A DNA stretch of 64,000 nt. It comes from Rhodobacteraceae bacterium HLUCCA12. Lineage in GTDB: Bacteria > Pseudomonadota > Alphaproteobacteria > Rhodobacterales > Rhodobacteraceae. Of the stretch, positions 41,137 through 52,220 are shown piece after piece; the stretch's first letter is position 1, and every line of letters starts with the position of its first letter. The DNA is taken from positions 1,760 through 65,759 of the forward strand of contig LJSV01000012.1 of NCBI GenBank assembly GCA_001314715.1. Direction: 5' to 3'. The translations under genes and the position numbers were made by a program. Below the pieces are notes generated by a model. It saw only the letters and a program-made list of their open reading frames with translations. It had not been told where the DNA came from and did no database searches.

Positions 41137-43687
41137 TCACGATCCGCCCCGGAACAACGATGACCTTCCTGGGGCTGGCACCAGCCAGCGCCTTGATCAC
41201 AGCATCCTCGGCCAGCGCGACTTTTTCAACCTCTTCCTTGGGCAGATCAGCCGCCACCGTGATTTCGGCCTTGCGTTTGCCGTTGATCTGGATCGGCAGA
41301 ACCACGGTATCCGAGACCAGCATGGCCGGATCGGCCTTTGGCCATGGCGCCTGGGTGACCAGACCCTCACCGCCCTGGCGTGCCCAGATCTCTTCGGCAA
41401 GATGCGGGGTCATCGGTGCCATGAGCTGCGCCAGAACCCGTGCGGCCTGTTTCTGTGCCGTGGCGCTGGCCTTGGTGCGGCTCAGGATATTGGTGAATTC
41501 GTAAAGCTTGGCGATCGCCTTGTTGAAGGCAAAGCCGTCGATCGTGCGGGTGACATCGTCGATGGCGCGGTGCATGGCGCGCATCAGCTCGTCATCGTGC
41601 GGGTCCGGGGCCTCGGTATCCAGATCGGCGATGCGCTCGGACAGGGCCCAGACCCGCGCCAGGTGTTTGAACGTTGCCTCGGCGCCGGCGCTGGTCCATT
41701 CGACATCGCGTTCGGGCGGGCTGTCGGACATGACGAACCAGCGCGCGGTATCGGCGCCGAACGATTCGATGATATTCACCGGATCGACGACATTCTTCTT
41801 GGATTTCGACATCTTGGCCGAGGGGATGACCTGCACCGCCTCGCCCGTCGATCGGAGTTTTCCATCCTCGACCTCTTCGGGCAGGTGATAGACCGGCCGC
41901 CCACGCGCATCGCGGGTCTGGTAGATCTCATGCGTGACCATGCCTTGCGTGAACAGCGCATCGAACGGCTCGATCGCCTTGGCTGGCAGGTGGCCGGTCT
42001 TGTGCATCGCGCGGGCGAAGAAGCGGGAATACAGAAGGTGCAGGATCGCGTGTTCGATTCCGCCGATATACTGGTCCACGTTCATCCAGTATTCCGCGTC
42101 CTCGGCCACGGTCGGCGTTTCAGCACGCGGGGCGGTGAAGCGCGCGTAATACCACGAGCTGTCCACGAACGTATCCATCGTGTCGGTTTCGCGCAGGGCG
42201 GCAGCGCCGCAGCGGGGGCAGGTGCAGTTGCGCCAGGTCGGGTGGCGATCAAGCGGGTTGCCGGGCTTGTCGAAACTGACATCGCGCGGCAGTTCGAGGG
42301 GCAGGTTTTCCTTTTTCTCAGGGACAACGCCGCACGAATCGCAATGGACGACAGGGATCGGGCAGCCCCAATAGCGTTGGCGCGACAGGCCCCAGTCGCG
42401 CAGGCGATACTTGGTCACGCCCTCGCCGACCCCCTTTGATTCGCAAAAGGCAATCGCGGCCTCGACCGCCTCATCGCCGGTTTGCACGGTGTCGCCGGCA
42501 AAGCCACGCACATAGCGCACCTTTTCGGATTTCGGCGGCACGAAGGCGGTGTCGGAAACCGGCGACGAATCGTCCAGCGCAAGGAACACGTCGGGATGCG
42601 GCAGGCCATACCTGTTGGCGAAATCAAGGTCGCGCTGATCATGCGCCGGGCAGCCGAAAACGGCGCCGGTGCCATAGTCCATCAAGATGAAGTTGGCGAT
42701 ATAGACCGGCAGTTCCCACGCGTTGTCAAACGGGTGGCGAACGCGGATGCCGGTGTCGAACCCTTTCTTCTCGGCCTTTTCCAGCGCTTCTTCGGTGGTG
42801 CCGATCCGGCGGCATTCGGCGACGAAGGCGGCGACTTCGGGGTCGTGACGTTCCAGCTGTTTCGCCAGCGGGTGATCGGGTGAGATCGCCGCGAAGGAGG
42901 CGCCCAACAGCGTGTCGGGGCGGGTGGTATACACCTCAAGCCGTTCGAACCCTTCGGGCGCGTCCACCGTTGAAAAGGCGAACTGCAGCCCGCGCGACCG
43001 GCCGATCCAGTTCTTCTGCATCAGCCGCACCTTTTCCGGCCAATGCTCCAGCCCGTCGATGGCCTCCAGCAATTCTTCACTATAGTCCGAGATGCGGAAG
43101 AACCATTGCGTCAGCTCGCGCCGCTCGACCTCGGCGCCGGATCGCCAGCCCTTGCCGTCGATCACCTGTTCGTTGGCCAGCACCGTCATGTCCACCGGGT
43201 CCCAGTTGACCACCGCGTTCTTGCGATAGACCAACCCGGCCTCCAGCATGTCCAGGAACATGGCCTGCTGCTGGCCGTAGTATTCGACATCGCAGGTGGC
43301 GAATTCGCGCGACCAGTCGATCGACAGGCCCAGCGGTTTCATCTGCCCCTTCATCACCGCGATGTTGTTATACGTCCATTCCGCCGGGTGCCCGCCCTGT
43401 TGCATGGCGGCGTTTTCCGCGGGCATGCCGAATGCGTCCCAGCCCATCGGATGCAGCACGCTGAAGCCCTGCGCTTTCTTGTAGCGCGCGACGACATCGC
43501 CCATCGTGTAGTTGCGCACATGCCCCATGTGGATGCGCCCGGACGGATAGGGGAACATCTCAAGCACGTAATACTTGGGCCGGGCCGGGTCACGCCGTGC
43601 GGCAAAGCAGTCGCCATCGTCCCAGGCCGCCTGCCATTTCGGTTCGATCGCTTGCGGATTGTATCGGGCGTCGTGCTGGCCTGACAT
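41123..43687 (-). CDS. leuS: Leucine--tRNA ligase
   Basis: [36 protein letters not shown]. Confidence 0.98.
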   Translation of the reverse strand: MSGQHDARYNPQAIEPKWQAAWDDGDCFAARRDPARPKYYVLEMFPYPSGRIHMGHVRNYTMGDVVARYKKAQGFSVLHPMGWDAFGMPAENAAMQQGGHPAEWTYNNIAVMKGQMKPLGLSIDWSREFATCDVEYYGQQQAMFLDMLEAGLVYRKNAVVNWDPVDMTVLANEQVIDGKGWRSGAEVERRELTQWFFRISDYSEELLEAIDGLEHWPEKVRLMQKNWIGRSRGLQFAFSTVDAPEGFERLEVYTTRPDTLLGASFAAISPDHPLAKQLERHDPEVAAFVAECRRIGTTEEALEKAEKKGFDTGIRVRHPFDNAWELPVYIANFILMDYGTGAVFGCPAHDQRDLDFANRYGLPHPDVFLALDDSSPVSDTAFVPPKSEKVRYVRGFAGDTVQTGDEAVEAAIAFCESKGVGEGVTKYRLRDWGLSRQRYWGCPIPVVHCDSCGVVPEKKENLPLELPRDVSFDKPGNPLDRHPTWRNCTCPRCGAAALRETDTMDTFVDSSWYYARFTAPRAETPTVAEDAEYWMNVDQYIGGIEHAILHLLYSRFFARAMHKTGHLPAKAIEPFDALFTQGMVTHEIYQTRDARGRPVYHLPEEVEDGKLRSTGEAVQVIPSAKMSKSKKNVVDPVNIIESFGADTARWFVMSDSPPERDVEWTSAGAEATFKHLARVWALSERIADLDTEAPDPHDDELMRAMHRAIDDVTRTIDGFAFNKAIAKLYEFTNILSRTKASATAQKQAARVLAQLMAPMTPHLAEEIWARQGGEGLVTQAPWPKADPAMLVSDTVVLPIQINGKRKAEITVAADLPKEEVEKVALAEDAVIKALAGASPRKVIVVPGRIVNVVV

Positions 43688-43776
43688 GATCTTCCCCTGA
43701 CATGAAAACGCCGGGCGCTGAACGGCCCGGCGACGTGATAGCGGCCCTTTCGGCGCGGGTCCAGCCCGCGCCGGGG

Positions 43777-44292
43777 TTACAGGTTTCGATCGCGGATTCG
43801 AAACTGCCGGGCCCGGTTCAGAATCGCGTTTTCGACGGCGCGCACGGTTTCGTCGCTGGCCGGGCCGTTGCGGGTAACCAGCGCGACATTGAGCGAGCGC
43901 GCATCCAGCGCCACATCGGTCACATGTACTGTCGCGCGATAGGGGCGCCCGCCGCCCGGCGGGGCGCCGAAGCCGGTGGTGAACACGCCCGAGAACGGAT
44001 CGACGGTCTCGACCGGAAGGAAGTCCAGCACGTCCAGCGCGGCCGTCCAGATATAGCGATTCACCGCGATCGTGGTGTCGGGCTCGTCGCGCCCGCCAAA
44101 GAGGTCCCAGATCGAATCTTCGGAGCCGGTGGTACGCACACGCTCTTCGACGATGTCCTGTCGCGAGATTTCTTCGGCAGAGCGCGAGTTTTCTTCAGAG
44201 AACATGTTCCCCAAACCGCCCCCGCCACAGGCGGACAGCGCGGTCACGAGTGCCAAGGCTATCACCGGTTTCGCAGCGCGATTGATCGACAT
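43777..44292 (-). CDS. DUF3576-family lipoprotein
   Basis: LSAC lipobox, [22 protein letters not shown]; start MSINRAA at 44292. Confidence 0.75.
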   Translation of the reverse strand: MSINRAAKPVIALALVTALSACGGGGLGNMFSEENSRSAEEISRQDIVEERVRTTGSEDSIWDLFGGRDEPDTTIAVNRYIWTAALDVLDFLPVETVDPFSGVFTTGFGAPPGGGRPYRATVHVTDVALDARSLNVALVTRNGPASDETVRAVENAILNRARQFRIRDRNL

Positions 44293-44573
44293 GAAGTCAG
44301 GCCCTTTCGCATGAGTTGCCCCCGTATCTAGCGGAGCACGTCTTGCGGAACAAGCCATTTGCAGGACATGGCGCACGCGTGCAATCACGGCCCGCGTCTG
44401 TCGCCCGTCCCGCTGCGGCCCGTCGAAAAGTGTGCGTGGCAATTCTGCATCACAAGCGGCCATAGTTCCCGCCCCCCTTTGCTTCGGCTTGCAAAAAACG
44501 GGCCGAAGCGGGAAATAGGCACAGACCCAGCTTCCAGCAAGGTGGGCAACATCTCAAGTCAACGAGGGAAACC

Positions 44574-45515
44574 ATGAAAAAGATTCTCCTTGCTTCGGCA
44601 GCACTGGCCCTGTCGGCAGGCGTCGCCCACTCGCAAGCCGTGACCATTGGTGGTCAGGGCCGCATGGGTGTGCAGTACAACAACAACGGCTTCGTGACCC
44701 GCACCGGCGCGCTGACCAACTGGCGCACCGAAAGCCGTCTGCAGCTGAACTTCTCGGCGGCTGTTCAGGCTGACCACGGCCTCAGCTTCGGTGGCTTCAC
44801 CCGTCTGCGTCTGCAGACCAACGGTGCAACCGCCACCCAGATGACGACCCAGGACTTCTCGGGTCATCGCGTGTGGGTCGAAGCGAACGGCCTGCGCCTG
44901 ACCTTCGGTAACCAGGACGGCGCCATCGCCACCACCGGTACCGCAATGGGCTACCTGGGCGGCTGCGGCGTCGGCTACGAAGGTGGCCAGCAGTGCGCTG
45001 ACTCGGTCGGCCTGCTGGGCGCTGTGACCTGGTTCAACTCGAACGGCGGTGGTGGCAACAACACCGGCAACGACCAGACCCTGCAAGCCAGCTACACCAT
45101 GGGCGACTGGCAGGCGGCGATCTCGGGTGAGCGTTCGAACGGCGTTGAAGTCGCGGTTCGTGGCCGCTTCGACGCCTTCACCGTTGCTGCTGGTTATCAG
45201 CAGGATCGCGGTTTGAGCCCGCGCGTCTTCACCGCTTCGGGTCACTACAACGGCGGCAACTGGGGCGTCGGCGCAATCGTCGCTCGCATCGGCACCGGCG
45301 GTGGCGCGACCACCAACTACGCTCTGAACGCCAATGCCGATCTGGGCGGTGGCAACCTGTACGGCTTCGTCGGCCGCTTGAACTCGGACACCGCTTACGG
45401 TCTGAGCTACAGCTACGGCCTGGGCGGCGGCGCGTCGATCACCGCTGGCGCCGAGCGTGTTGGTGGCGCGACCGACACGACCACCGCTTCGGTGGGCGTT
45501 GCCTTCAACTTCTGA
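44574..45515 (+). CDS. Major outer-membrane porin (Rhodobacter type)
   Basis: Signal peptide, GQGRMGVQY...DHGLSFG, Gly/Asn-rich strands, C-terminal Phe; strongly biased codon usage. Confidence 0.92.
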   Translation: MKKILLASAALALSAGVAHSQAVTIGGQGRMGVQYNNNGFVTRTGALTNWRTESRLQLNFSAAVQADHGLSFGGFTRLRLQTNGATATQMTTQDFSGHRVWVEANGLRLTFGNQDGAIATTGTAMGYLGGCGVGYEGGQQCADSVGLLGAVTWFNSNGGGGNNTGNDQTLQASYTMGDWQAAISGERSNGVEVAVRGRFDAFTVAAGYQQDRGLSPRVFTASGHYNGGNWGVGAIVARIGTGGGATTNYALNANADLGGGNLYGFVGRLNSDTAYGLSYSYGLGGGASITAGAERVGGATDTTTASVGVAFNF

Positions 45516-45536
45516 TCCATCCGGATCGGTTGAATG

Positions 45537-45564
45537 GAAAGAGCGGGCCTTGGCCCGCTCTTTC
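45537..45564 (+). terminator. Terminator after porin
   Basis: GAAAGAGCGGGCC-TT-GGCCCGCTCTTTC perfect 13-bp stem. Confidence 0.75.
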
Positions 45565-45610
45565 TCATTTGTCGGTGCCGTGTATGTGACGGGCGATGCG
45601 GCAACGCAAT

Positions 45611-45639
45611 TTGATCGCCGCGCGCGGACATGATAAACT
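45611..45639 (+). promoter_or_regulatory. Near-consensus sigma70 promoter for the mini-porin gene
   Basis: TTGATC-N17-TAAACT with TG upstream of the -10. Confidence 0.6.
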
Positions 45640-45694
45640 CTGATTATATTGCCTGATCGCGCCGGGACCATGGCGCGCGCCAAAGGGTTGGCCG

Positions 45695-46042
45695 ATGCCG
45701 TCACCACGCCGTTTCACGCTCGCCGCTGTCGTGGCCACAATCGCCGTTGCCAGCCCGGCTGCCGCGGAAACCATCGACACTGACGTTTTCCGGGGCGACG
45801 CCTATCGCGAATCCCTGCGAACGGACGATACCTTTCAGCCGGTGACGCATCAGGTCGAACTGCGCTTCGGCATGGCCTATGACAGCAATCGCGGCGTGTC
45901 ACCGCGCTATGGCGCACGATATACGATGACGCTGCACCACCGCACCGATAACGGATTGCAGATGGGGTTTTCGGTGGGGGTGCAGTTGGACAATTTCGAC
46001 AATCCCGCCCCCTGGCGCCCGCGCGGCCCCGTCGGGAACTGA
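45695..46042 (+). CDS. Small secreted protein resembling the porin N-terminus
   Basis: Signal peptide ending AAA; LRFGMAY...RTDNGLQMGF parallels porin GRMGVQY...QADHGLSFG. Confidence 0.7.
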   Translation: MPSPRRFTLAAVVATIAVASPAAAETIDTDVFRGDAYRESLRTDDTFQPVTHQVELRFGMAYDSNRGVSPRYGARYTMTLHHRTDNGLQMGFSVGVQLDNFDNPAPWRPRGPVGN

Positions 46043-46102
46043 GGCTTTCCTTCCCCGCAGCTTTGTGCTGTCCTGCCCCCGACACCATAAGGGGGGCGCA
46101 TC

Positions 46103-46753
46103 ATGTCACTCGCCGAGATCACCGAACGCCTTCAGCGCGCCGAATCCGCCGCGGGTCGTGCGCCGGGCTCTGTCACGCTGATCGCCGTATCCAAGGTGCA
46201 GCCCCCGGACCGTGTGGCGCGCGTGCTTGAACAGGGACACCGGATCTTCGGCGAGAACCGGGTGCAGGAGGCGCAGGGACGCTGGCCCGATTTCCAGGCC
46301 CGATATGAGGGCATCACGCTGCACCTGATCGGACCGCTGCAAACCAACAAGGCGCGCGCGGCGATGGACCTGTTCGAGGCGATCCATTCGCTGGACCGCC
46401 CGAAACTGGCGCAAACCCTGGCGCGGCTGGCCCAGGAACGCGGCACGTGTCCCGATCTGTTCATCCAGGTCAACACCGGGGAAGAGGCCCAGAAAGCGGG
46501 GATCGCACCGGATCAGGTTGACGCTTTTGTCACGGACGTGCGTGCCCTGGATCTGCCGCTTGAGGGTTTGATGTGCATTCCGCCGGTGGATGCGGACCCC
46601 GCCCCCCATTTCAGGCTGCTGGCCGAACTGGCGGCACGCAACGGTCTGTCCGGGTTGTCGATGGGCATGAGCGATGATTTCGAAACCGCCGTCGCACTGG
46701 GCGCGACCCATGTGCGGGTCGGATCGGCGATCTTTGGTGCCAGAACGGGGTAG
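46103..46753 (+). CDS. yggS: PLP homeostasis protein YggS
   Basis: AVSK, FGENRVQE, HLIGPLQTNK, LSMGMS, VRVGSAIFG. Confidence 0.95.
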   Translation: MSLAEITERLQRAESAAGRAPGSVTLIAVSKVQPPDRVARVLEQGHRIFGENRVQEAQGRWPDFQARYEGITLHLIGPLQTNKARAAMDLFEAIHSLDRPKLAQTLARLAQERGTCPDLFIQVNTGEEAQKAGIAPDQVDAFVTDVRALDLPLEGLMCIPPVDADPAPHFRLLAELAARNGLSGLSMGMSDDFETAVALGATHVRVGSAIFGARTG

Positions 46754-46813
46754 GGGGCGCTGCCCCCTCGCCGCTTGCGCGGCTCACCCCCGGCGTATTT
46801 TCGGCAAGATGAA
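46752..46813 (+). repeat. REP-like intergenic repeat, copy 3
   Basis: AGGGGGC-GCT-GCCCCCT C GCCGC-TTGC-GCGGC TCACCCCCGGCGTATTTTCGGCAAGATGAA; begins inside the yggS stop codon. Confidence 0.82.
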
Positions 46814-46819
46814 GGGATT

Positions 46820-47326
46820 TCATCCCTGAATGATTAACCGCGCATCGGGTGTCAGGCGGTTGACGATCCATAGGAAATCGTGGCGTGCAAAGGCCACGCA
46901 ACCCGCGGTCGGATACCGGGGCGCGCGCCAGATATGCACAAAGATGGCCGATCCCGCACCCGGTTGGGCATTCGGCCAGTTCCAGTCGGTCGTCACGACC
47001 AGATCATAGAGCGGATCGGCGCGGCGCAGGCGTTCATGCCCGAACGGATAGGGCGCGCGGGTCAGGTGGTTGTAGTCGGGCGCCATGGGGTCGTCGGACC
47101 ACAGATCGCCCGGCCGGATCGGCCTGGCCCAGATGGGCAGGGCGCGGCGGGAAATCCGGTCGGGGCGAAAGTGAAGGCCGGTGACCGCATGGCTGCCTGC
47201 CGGTGTCGCCCCGTCGCCCTCGCGCTTGTGCCGGGTGATGCCGCCCCGGCCCGTCGCGCAGGGAAATTGCCGCCCCATGAAGCGGGCGCCGGTCCGGGTG
47301 ACGACGATATCATGCAGCCCGGTCAT
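46820..47326 (-). CDS. L,D-transpeptidase-family (YkuD-like) protein
   Basis: [16 protein letters not shown]...PTAGCVA His/Cys motif. Confidence 0.85.
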   Translation of the reverse strand: MTGLHDIVVTRTGARFMGRQFPCATGRGGITRHKREGDGATPAGSHAVTGLHFRPDRISRRALPIWARPIRPGDLWSDDPMAPDYNHLTRAPYPFGHERLRRADPLYDLVVTTDWNWPNAQPGAGSAIFVHIWRAPRYPTAGCVAFARHDFLWIVNRLTPDARLIIQG

Positions 47327-48405
47327 AGAAGATGGCCGGATTTCGCGGCCTTGGTTGCCAGATAGGCTGCGTTTTCATCTGTCAGCCCGACCTTGAGCGG
47401 GACGCGCTCGGACACGGTGATGCCGCCATTTTCCAGCATGGCAACCTTGGCAGGGTTGTTGGTCAAAAGGCGCACGACGTCGAACCCCAGGCGCCGCAAC
47501 AGTTCGGCGCCAAGGCGAAAGTCGCGTTCGTCATCCTCGAACCCCAGCCGGTGGTTGGCCTCGACCGTGTCGAATCCCTGATCCTGCAAGGAGTAGGCGC
47601 GCATCTTGTTCGCAAGCCCGATGCCGCGCCCTTCCTGGTTGAGGTAGAGCAGCACACCCGATCCGGCATCATGCATGGCCGTCAGTGCGGCGTGCAGTTG
47701 TGGCCCGCAATCGCATTTCAGCGAGCCCAGAACGTCGCCGGTGAAACAGGCCGAATGAAGCCGCGCCAGAACCGGTGCATGGCGGTCAGGCTGGCCCACC
47801 TCGATCGCGTAATGTTCGATCCCGCCGTCATCGGGTCGAAACACATGCAGCCGCCCCATCCCGGCCAGACGCATCGGCAGGCGCGCGGCGATCACCGGGG
47901 CCAGCCGGGTTTCCAGCGTCTCGGTCTCCGTGGCGTCAAGCCGCGTCAGGCCATGCGTGTCGGCCAGCGCGGTCGCCTGCGGCGTGGCCGCGATCAATGC
48001 GGCGGGAAGAAGCTGGGCGGATTTCACCAGCCTGAGCGCCGCCCGGTGCAGGTCGGCCGAGCCCTCGCGCAGGGTCTGCAATGGCCCTTTCATGGGCATG
48101 CGCAGATCGTCGGCGGGGTCGGCCAGCGCCTCGATCCAGCTCAATCCCGCCGTTTCGGGTATGATCACGCGCGCGACATCGCCGTCATAGGCGCGCGCCT
48201 TGAGCGTCTGCGCCCGGTGCCCGGTGAGTGCCAGAACCGGCCGCGAACAAAGCGCGCGCAGCTCTGCCAGCCGTGGCTCTGTCAGGCTTTCGGCGGCGAT
48301 CACCAGGGCCTCGGTGTCGGCGGTGCAGATGACCACCGGCAGACCCATGCGCAGATCGGCACGGGCCCGGTTCAGACGTTCGAGGGGGCTGGGGGCAAGG
48401 CTCAT
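47323..48405 (-). CDS. ribA: GTP cyclohydrolase II
   Basis: [31 protein letters not shown]; start MSLAPSP at 48405. Confidence 0.92.
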   Translation of the reverse strand: MSLAPSPLERLNRARADLRMGLPVVICTADTEALVIAAESLTEPRLAELRALCSRPVLALTGHRAQTLKARAYDGDVARVIIPETAGLSWIEALADPADDLRMPMKGPLQTLREGSADLHRAALRLVKSAQLLPAALIAATPQATALADTHGLTRLDATETETLETRLAPVIAARLPMRLAGMGRLHVFRPDDGGIEHYAIEVGQPDRHAPVLARLHSACFTGDVLGSLKCDCGPQLHAALTAMHDAGSGVLLYLNQEGRGIGLANKMRAYSLQDQGFDTVEANHRLGFEDDERDFRLGAELLRRLGFDVVRLLTNNPAKVAMLENGGITVSERVPLKVGLTDENAAYLATKAAKSGHLL

Positions 48406-48576
48406 GCCGGTTCCGCTGAAACATGGACCCCCATCATGTAGCGTGCCGCGCGGGAAATTGAAACATTCCCGGCCGCCCCGACACGTCCGCGTGAGGAAAA
48501 TATCGCAAATCTTGAAACCTGCGCTGTGCGGGCGCAATTGCATTTGGGAAACAACGGTTTGTGGACGAGGTTCGGA

Positions 48577-49263
48577 ATGTCGAAGCTCAACAGGATTCTA
48601 CTGGTCGACGATGACGACGACCTGCGCGAGGCACTGGCCGAGCAACTGGTGATGACCGAGGATTTCGACACATTCGAAGCCGCCACCGGCGCCGAGGCGA
48701 TGGAGAAGGTCAAGACCGGGCCTTATGATCTGGTCATTCTCGATGTCGGCCTGCCGGATACCGATGGGCGCGAATTGTGCAAGCGCATGCGCAAGGCGGG
48801 CGTGAAATGCCCGGTCCTGATGCTGACCGGGCAGGATTCGGATGCCGACACCATCCTGGGTCTCGATGCCGGCGCGAATGACTATGTAACCAAGCCTTTC
48901 AAGTTTCCGGTTCTTCTGGCGCGTATTCGCGCCCAGTTGCGCCAGCATGAGCAATCGGAAAACGCAGTGTTCCAGCTGGGGCCATACCAGTTCAAACCCG
49001 CCCAGAAACTGCTGGTCGATGAGCGCGATCGCAAGATCCGGTTGACCGAAAAGGAAACCAACATCCTGAAGTTCCTGTATCGTGCCCCCGAAGGCGTCGC
49101 GCCGCGCGAGGTCTTGCTGCACGAGGTCTGGGGCTACAACGCCGGTGTCACCACCCATACGTTGGAAACCCATATCTATCGCCTGCGCCAGAAGATCGAG
49201 CCGGACCCATCGAATGCGCGGCTTCTGATCACCGAACCGGGCGGGTATCGGCTGGTTCCCTGA
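48577..49263 (+). CDS. cenR: OmpR-family response regulator, CenR/RSP_0847-like
   Basis: [27 protein letters not shown]. Orthology inferred from the ribA-regulator-sRNA-xth context, not from a search. Confidence 0.7.
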   Translation: MSKLNRILLVDDDDDLREALAEQLVMTEDFDTFEAATGAEAMEKVKTGPYDLVILDVGLPDTDGRELCKRMRKAGVKCPVLMLTGQDSDADTILGLDAGANDYVTKPFKFPVLLARIRAQLRQHEQSENAVFQLGPYQFKPAQKLLVDERDRKIRLTEKETNILKFLYRAPEGVAPREVLLHEVWGYNAGVTTHTLETHIYRLRQKIEPDPSNARLLITEPGGYRLVP

Positions 49264-49324
49264 ACCTGTGAAATATTTTGACGCGAGGGGTTGAAGGCCG
49301 GCGTTTACGACAAATATACGAAGA

Positions 49325-49438
49325 TATGCGAACACTGTTCGCAGCGGAATTTGAAACCAGTTCCCCTTGACGTGTCGGGGTCATGGCACGTCTCCTCCCT
49401 GTTGGACTGGCCCGGGCTTCGCGCCCGGGCCTTTTTTT
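49325..49438 (+). ncRNA. SorX-like 3' UTR sRNA
   Basis: Hairpins TGCGAAC/GTTCGCA and GACGTGTC/GGCACGTC, anti-SD CTCCTCCC (49392-49399), terminator GGCCCGGG...CCCGGGCC-T7; downstream of the RSP_0847-like gene, as for R. sphaeroides SorX. Confidence 0.7.
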
Positions 49439-49516
49439 CTGCGTCGCGCTTGAGCGTGATACGGGCGCCGGATAGACAGGGCAGACCTCAACGCGGTCGA
49501 AACCGGAAAGACGCCA

Positions 49517-50305
49517 ATGCCATTCACGCTTGCCACATGGAACATCAACTCGGTTCGCCTGCGCACGGGGCTTGTGCAGCGGCTTCTGCGCGACGAGGCG
49601 CCCGATATTCTGTGCCTTCAGGAATGCAAGAGCCCCGTCGAGAAGATCCCGCAGGACGATTTCGCGGCGCTTGGATACCGCTGGATGGTTGCGCGCGGGC
49701 AAAAGGGCTATAACGGCGTGGCCATCCTGTCGCGCCTGCCGCTTGAAGATGCCGGTCACATCGACTGGTGCGCGAAGGGCGATGCCCGCCATGTTGCCGC
49801 GCGGCTGGAAAACGGCGTGGTGATCCACAACTGCTATGTGCCGGCCGGCGGGGATGTGCCCGACCGAACGGTCAACGACAAGTTCGGGCACAAGCTGGAT
49901 TTCATCGCCGAGTTGCGCGACCGCTTTCGTGCCGACCGGCCCGAAAAGACTGTCCTCGTGGGGGATCTGAATATCGCCCCGCGCGAAGATGATGTCTGGA
50001 ACCATCGCCAACTGCTCAGGATCGTCAGCCATACCCCCGTCGAAACCGAAGGGTTGAATGATGCGCTTGATGCCGGCGGCTGGGTCGATGTCACCCGCCG
50101 CGACATTCCCGACGGGCGCCTTTACAGCTGGTGGTCCTATCGCTCTCCCAACTGGGACGCGGCGGACAAGGGGCGCAGGCTGGACCATGTCTGGGCCAGC
50201 AGCGACATCGCCGCCGCCGCGCACGGCTCGCGTATTCTGCGCGCGGTGCGGGGCTGGGAGCAGCCATCCGATCATGCGCCGGTCTTTGCGTCGTTCGACC
50301 TTTAG
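49517..50305 (+). CDS. xth: Exodeoxyribonuclease III
   Basis: TWNINS, CLQECK, YNGVAI, GDLNIAP, RLDHVW, SDHAPV. Confidence 0.95.
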   Translation: MPFTLATWNINSVRLRTGLVQRLLRDEAPDILCLQECKSPVEKIPQDDFAALGYRWMVARGQKGYNGVAILSRLPLEDAGHIDWCAKGDARHVAARLENGVVIHNCYVPAGGDVPDRTVNDKFGHKLDFIAELRDRFRADRPEKTVLVGDLNIAPREDDVWNHRQLLRIVSHTPVETEGLNDALDAGGWVDVTRRDIPDGRLYSWWSYRSPNWDAADKGRRLDHVWASSDIAAAAHGSRILRAVRGWEQPSDHAPVFASFDL

Positions 50306-50412
50306 GCAACCCGAATCCGGCCGGACCGGCGCATTCGCACGCCATGGCCCTTGGCCTTTGCCGCCGCGATCCTCATATAGGGACAAATGGATTTCTGCGG
50401 ATGAGGGCTGCA

Positions 50413-51318
50413 ATGCTGGGTATCAATGACACCAATCCCGCCCCCCAGGGCGACCTGATCAAGGACACGACCGAGGCGACGTTCATGCAAGACGTCGTCG
50501 AGGCCAGCCAGGACGTTCCGGTGATCGTCGATTTCTGGGCGCCCTGGTGCGGCCCTTGCCGCACGCTTGGGCCAGCACTGGAGGCCGCAGTGAGTGCCGC
50601 CGGTGGAAAAGTGCGCATGGTCAAGGTCAATGTCGATGAGAACCAGGCCCTGGCCGGACAATTGCGCATCCAGTCGATTCCGACGGTTTATGCGTTCTAT
50701 CAGGGGCGCCCCGTCGATGCGTTCCAGGGCGCGCTGCCCCCCAGCGAGATCAAGTCCTTCATCGAAAAGCTTTCCGCGCTTGCGGGCGACGGAGGACTGG
50801 GCGAGGCGCTTGAGGAAGGCGAGACGCTGCTGGCGCAGGGTGCCGCCGTCGAGGCTGCGCAGCTGTTCGCGGCACTTCTGGGACAGGAGCCCGAGAACGC
50901 GGGTGCCTTTGGCGGGCTGGTGCGCGCGCATATCGCCATGGGTGAGCTCGATCAGGCCGAAGCGCTTTTGGCCAATGTGCCCGCCGCGATCGAAAGCGCC
51001 AAGGAGGTCGAGGCCGCACGCGCGCAGCTGGCGCTGGCGCACCAGGCCGCAAACGCCGGACCCGTCGATGAACTGAGCGCTGCGCTGGCTGCCGATCCGG
51101 ACAATCATCAGGCGCGTTTCGATCTGGCGCAGGCGTTGCATGCGCGTGGCGAGACCGAGGCGGCGATCGACGAGCTTCTGGAGTTGTTCCGCCGTGACCG
51201 CGAGTGGAACGACGGGGCCGCAAAGGCGCAATTGTTCACGATCTTCGACGCGCTCAAGCCCAATGACCCCTTGGCGCAGCGTGGGCGGCGGCGGTTGAGT
51301 TCGATGATATTTGCCTGA
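50413..51318 (+). CDS. Thioredoxin-TPR chaperedoxin (YbbN/CnoX-like)
   Basis: DFWAPWCGPC plus C-terminal TPR helices ending RRRLSSMIFA. Confidence 0.92.
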   Translation: MLGINDTNPAPQGDLIKDTTEATFMQDVVEASQDVPVIVDFWAPWCGPCRTLGPALEAAVSAAGGKVRMVKVNVDENQALAGQLRIQSIPTVYAFYQGRPVDAFQGALPPSEIKSFIEKLSALAGDGGLGEALEEGETLLAQGAAVEAAQLFAALLGQEPENAGAFGGLVRAHIAMGELDQAEALLANVPAAIESAKEVEAARAQLALAHQAANAGPVDELSAALAADPDNHQARFDLAQALHARGETEAAIDELLELFRRDREWNDGAAKAQLFTIFDALKPNDPLAQRGRRRLSSMIFA

Positions 51319-51344
51319 GCCGTTGGCCGGATTATGTCTAGGCC

Positions 51345-51998
51345 ATGAGTACGAGCGCGGACCTGCCAGACACGATCCCGTTGTTCCCACTGCCGGGGGC
51401 GCTGCTGTTGCCGCGTGCCCGTTTGCCCCTGCACATATTCGAGCCGCGCTACCTCGCGATGCTGGAGGATTGCCTGAAAACCCCAGAACGGCTGATCGGC
51501 ATGATCCAGCCGCGCGCGGTTCCCGGCGGCGAGGCCGCGCGCCTGCACGCCATCGGCTGTGCCGGGCGCGTCACCGCGTTTTCCGAAACCGAGGATGGCC
51601 GCTACATGATCACGCTGACCGGCATCTCCCGGTTTCGCCTGACCTCTGAGGTCGAAGGCTTCTCGCCGTATCGCCGCGCGCAGGTGTCCTGGGACGGCTT
51701 CGAACGTGATCGCGGCGCCGCCGAGGCCGATCCGGGGTTCGAGCGGCCGCCGTTTCTGGACCTGCTGGCGCGCTATTTCACGGCGGTGGACCTGTCCACC
51801 GACTGGAGCAGCCTGAAGGAAGCCGAAGACGAGCTCTTGATCAATGCGCTGTCGATGCTGTGCCCCTTCGCGCCCGAAGAGCGCCAGGCCCTGCTTGAGG
51901 CGCCATCGCTGGAAACGCGGCGCGAAACGCTGGTCACGTTGATGGAATTTGCATTGCGTGGACGCAGTGACAGTACCTCTGGAGAACGCCTGCAATGA
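51345..51998 (+). CDS. LON substrate-binding domain protein
   Basis: [28 protein letters not shown]. Confidence 0.9.
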   Translation: MSTSADLPDTIPLFPLPGALLLPRARLPLHIFEPRYLAMLEDCLKTPERLIGMIQPRAVPGGEAARLHAIGCAGRVTAFSETEDGRYMITLTGISRFRLTSEVEGFSPYRRAQVSWDGFERDRGAAEADPGFERPPFLDLLARYFTAVDLSTDWSSLKEAEDELLINALSMLCPFAPEERQALLEAPSLETRRETLVTLMEFALRGRSDSTSGERLQ

Positions 51999-52195
51999 CC
52001 GACGCAAACGAGGCCGGGTCGCGCCCGGCGATTGACCGCAAGATGCTTGAGGTTCTGGTCTGCCCGGTCACGCAGGGTAGGCTGCACTATGATGCCGCGC
52101 GCCAGGAACTGGTCTCGCCCACCGCGCATCTGGCCTTTCCCATTCGCAACGGCATCCCGATCATGCTGGCCTCTGAAGCGCGCGAGATCGAATAG
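51995..52195 (+). CDS. Trm112/YcaR-family protein
   Basis: [24 protein letters not shown]. Confidence 0.9.
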   Translation: MTDANEAGSRPAIDRKMLEVLVCPVTQGRLHYDAARQELVSPTAHLAFPIRNGIPIMLASEAREIE

Positions 52196-52220
52196 CCACT
52201 GGTCCGGGTTGCGGCGGGGC

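Noticed and set aside
47850-48405. Extra N-terminal domain on RibA
   Set aside because: Appears to be the usual degenerate RibB-like extension of alphaproteobacterial RibA; no distinctive signal.
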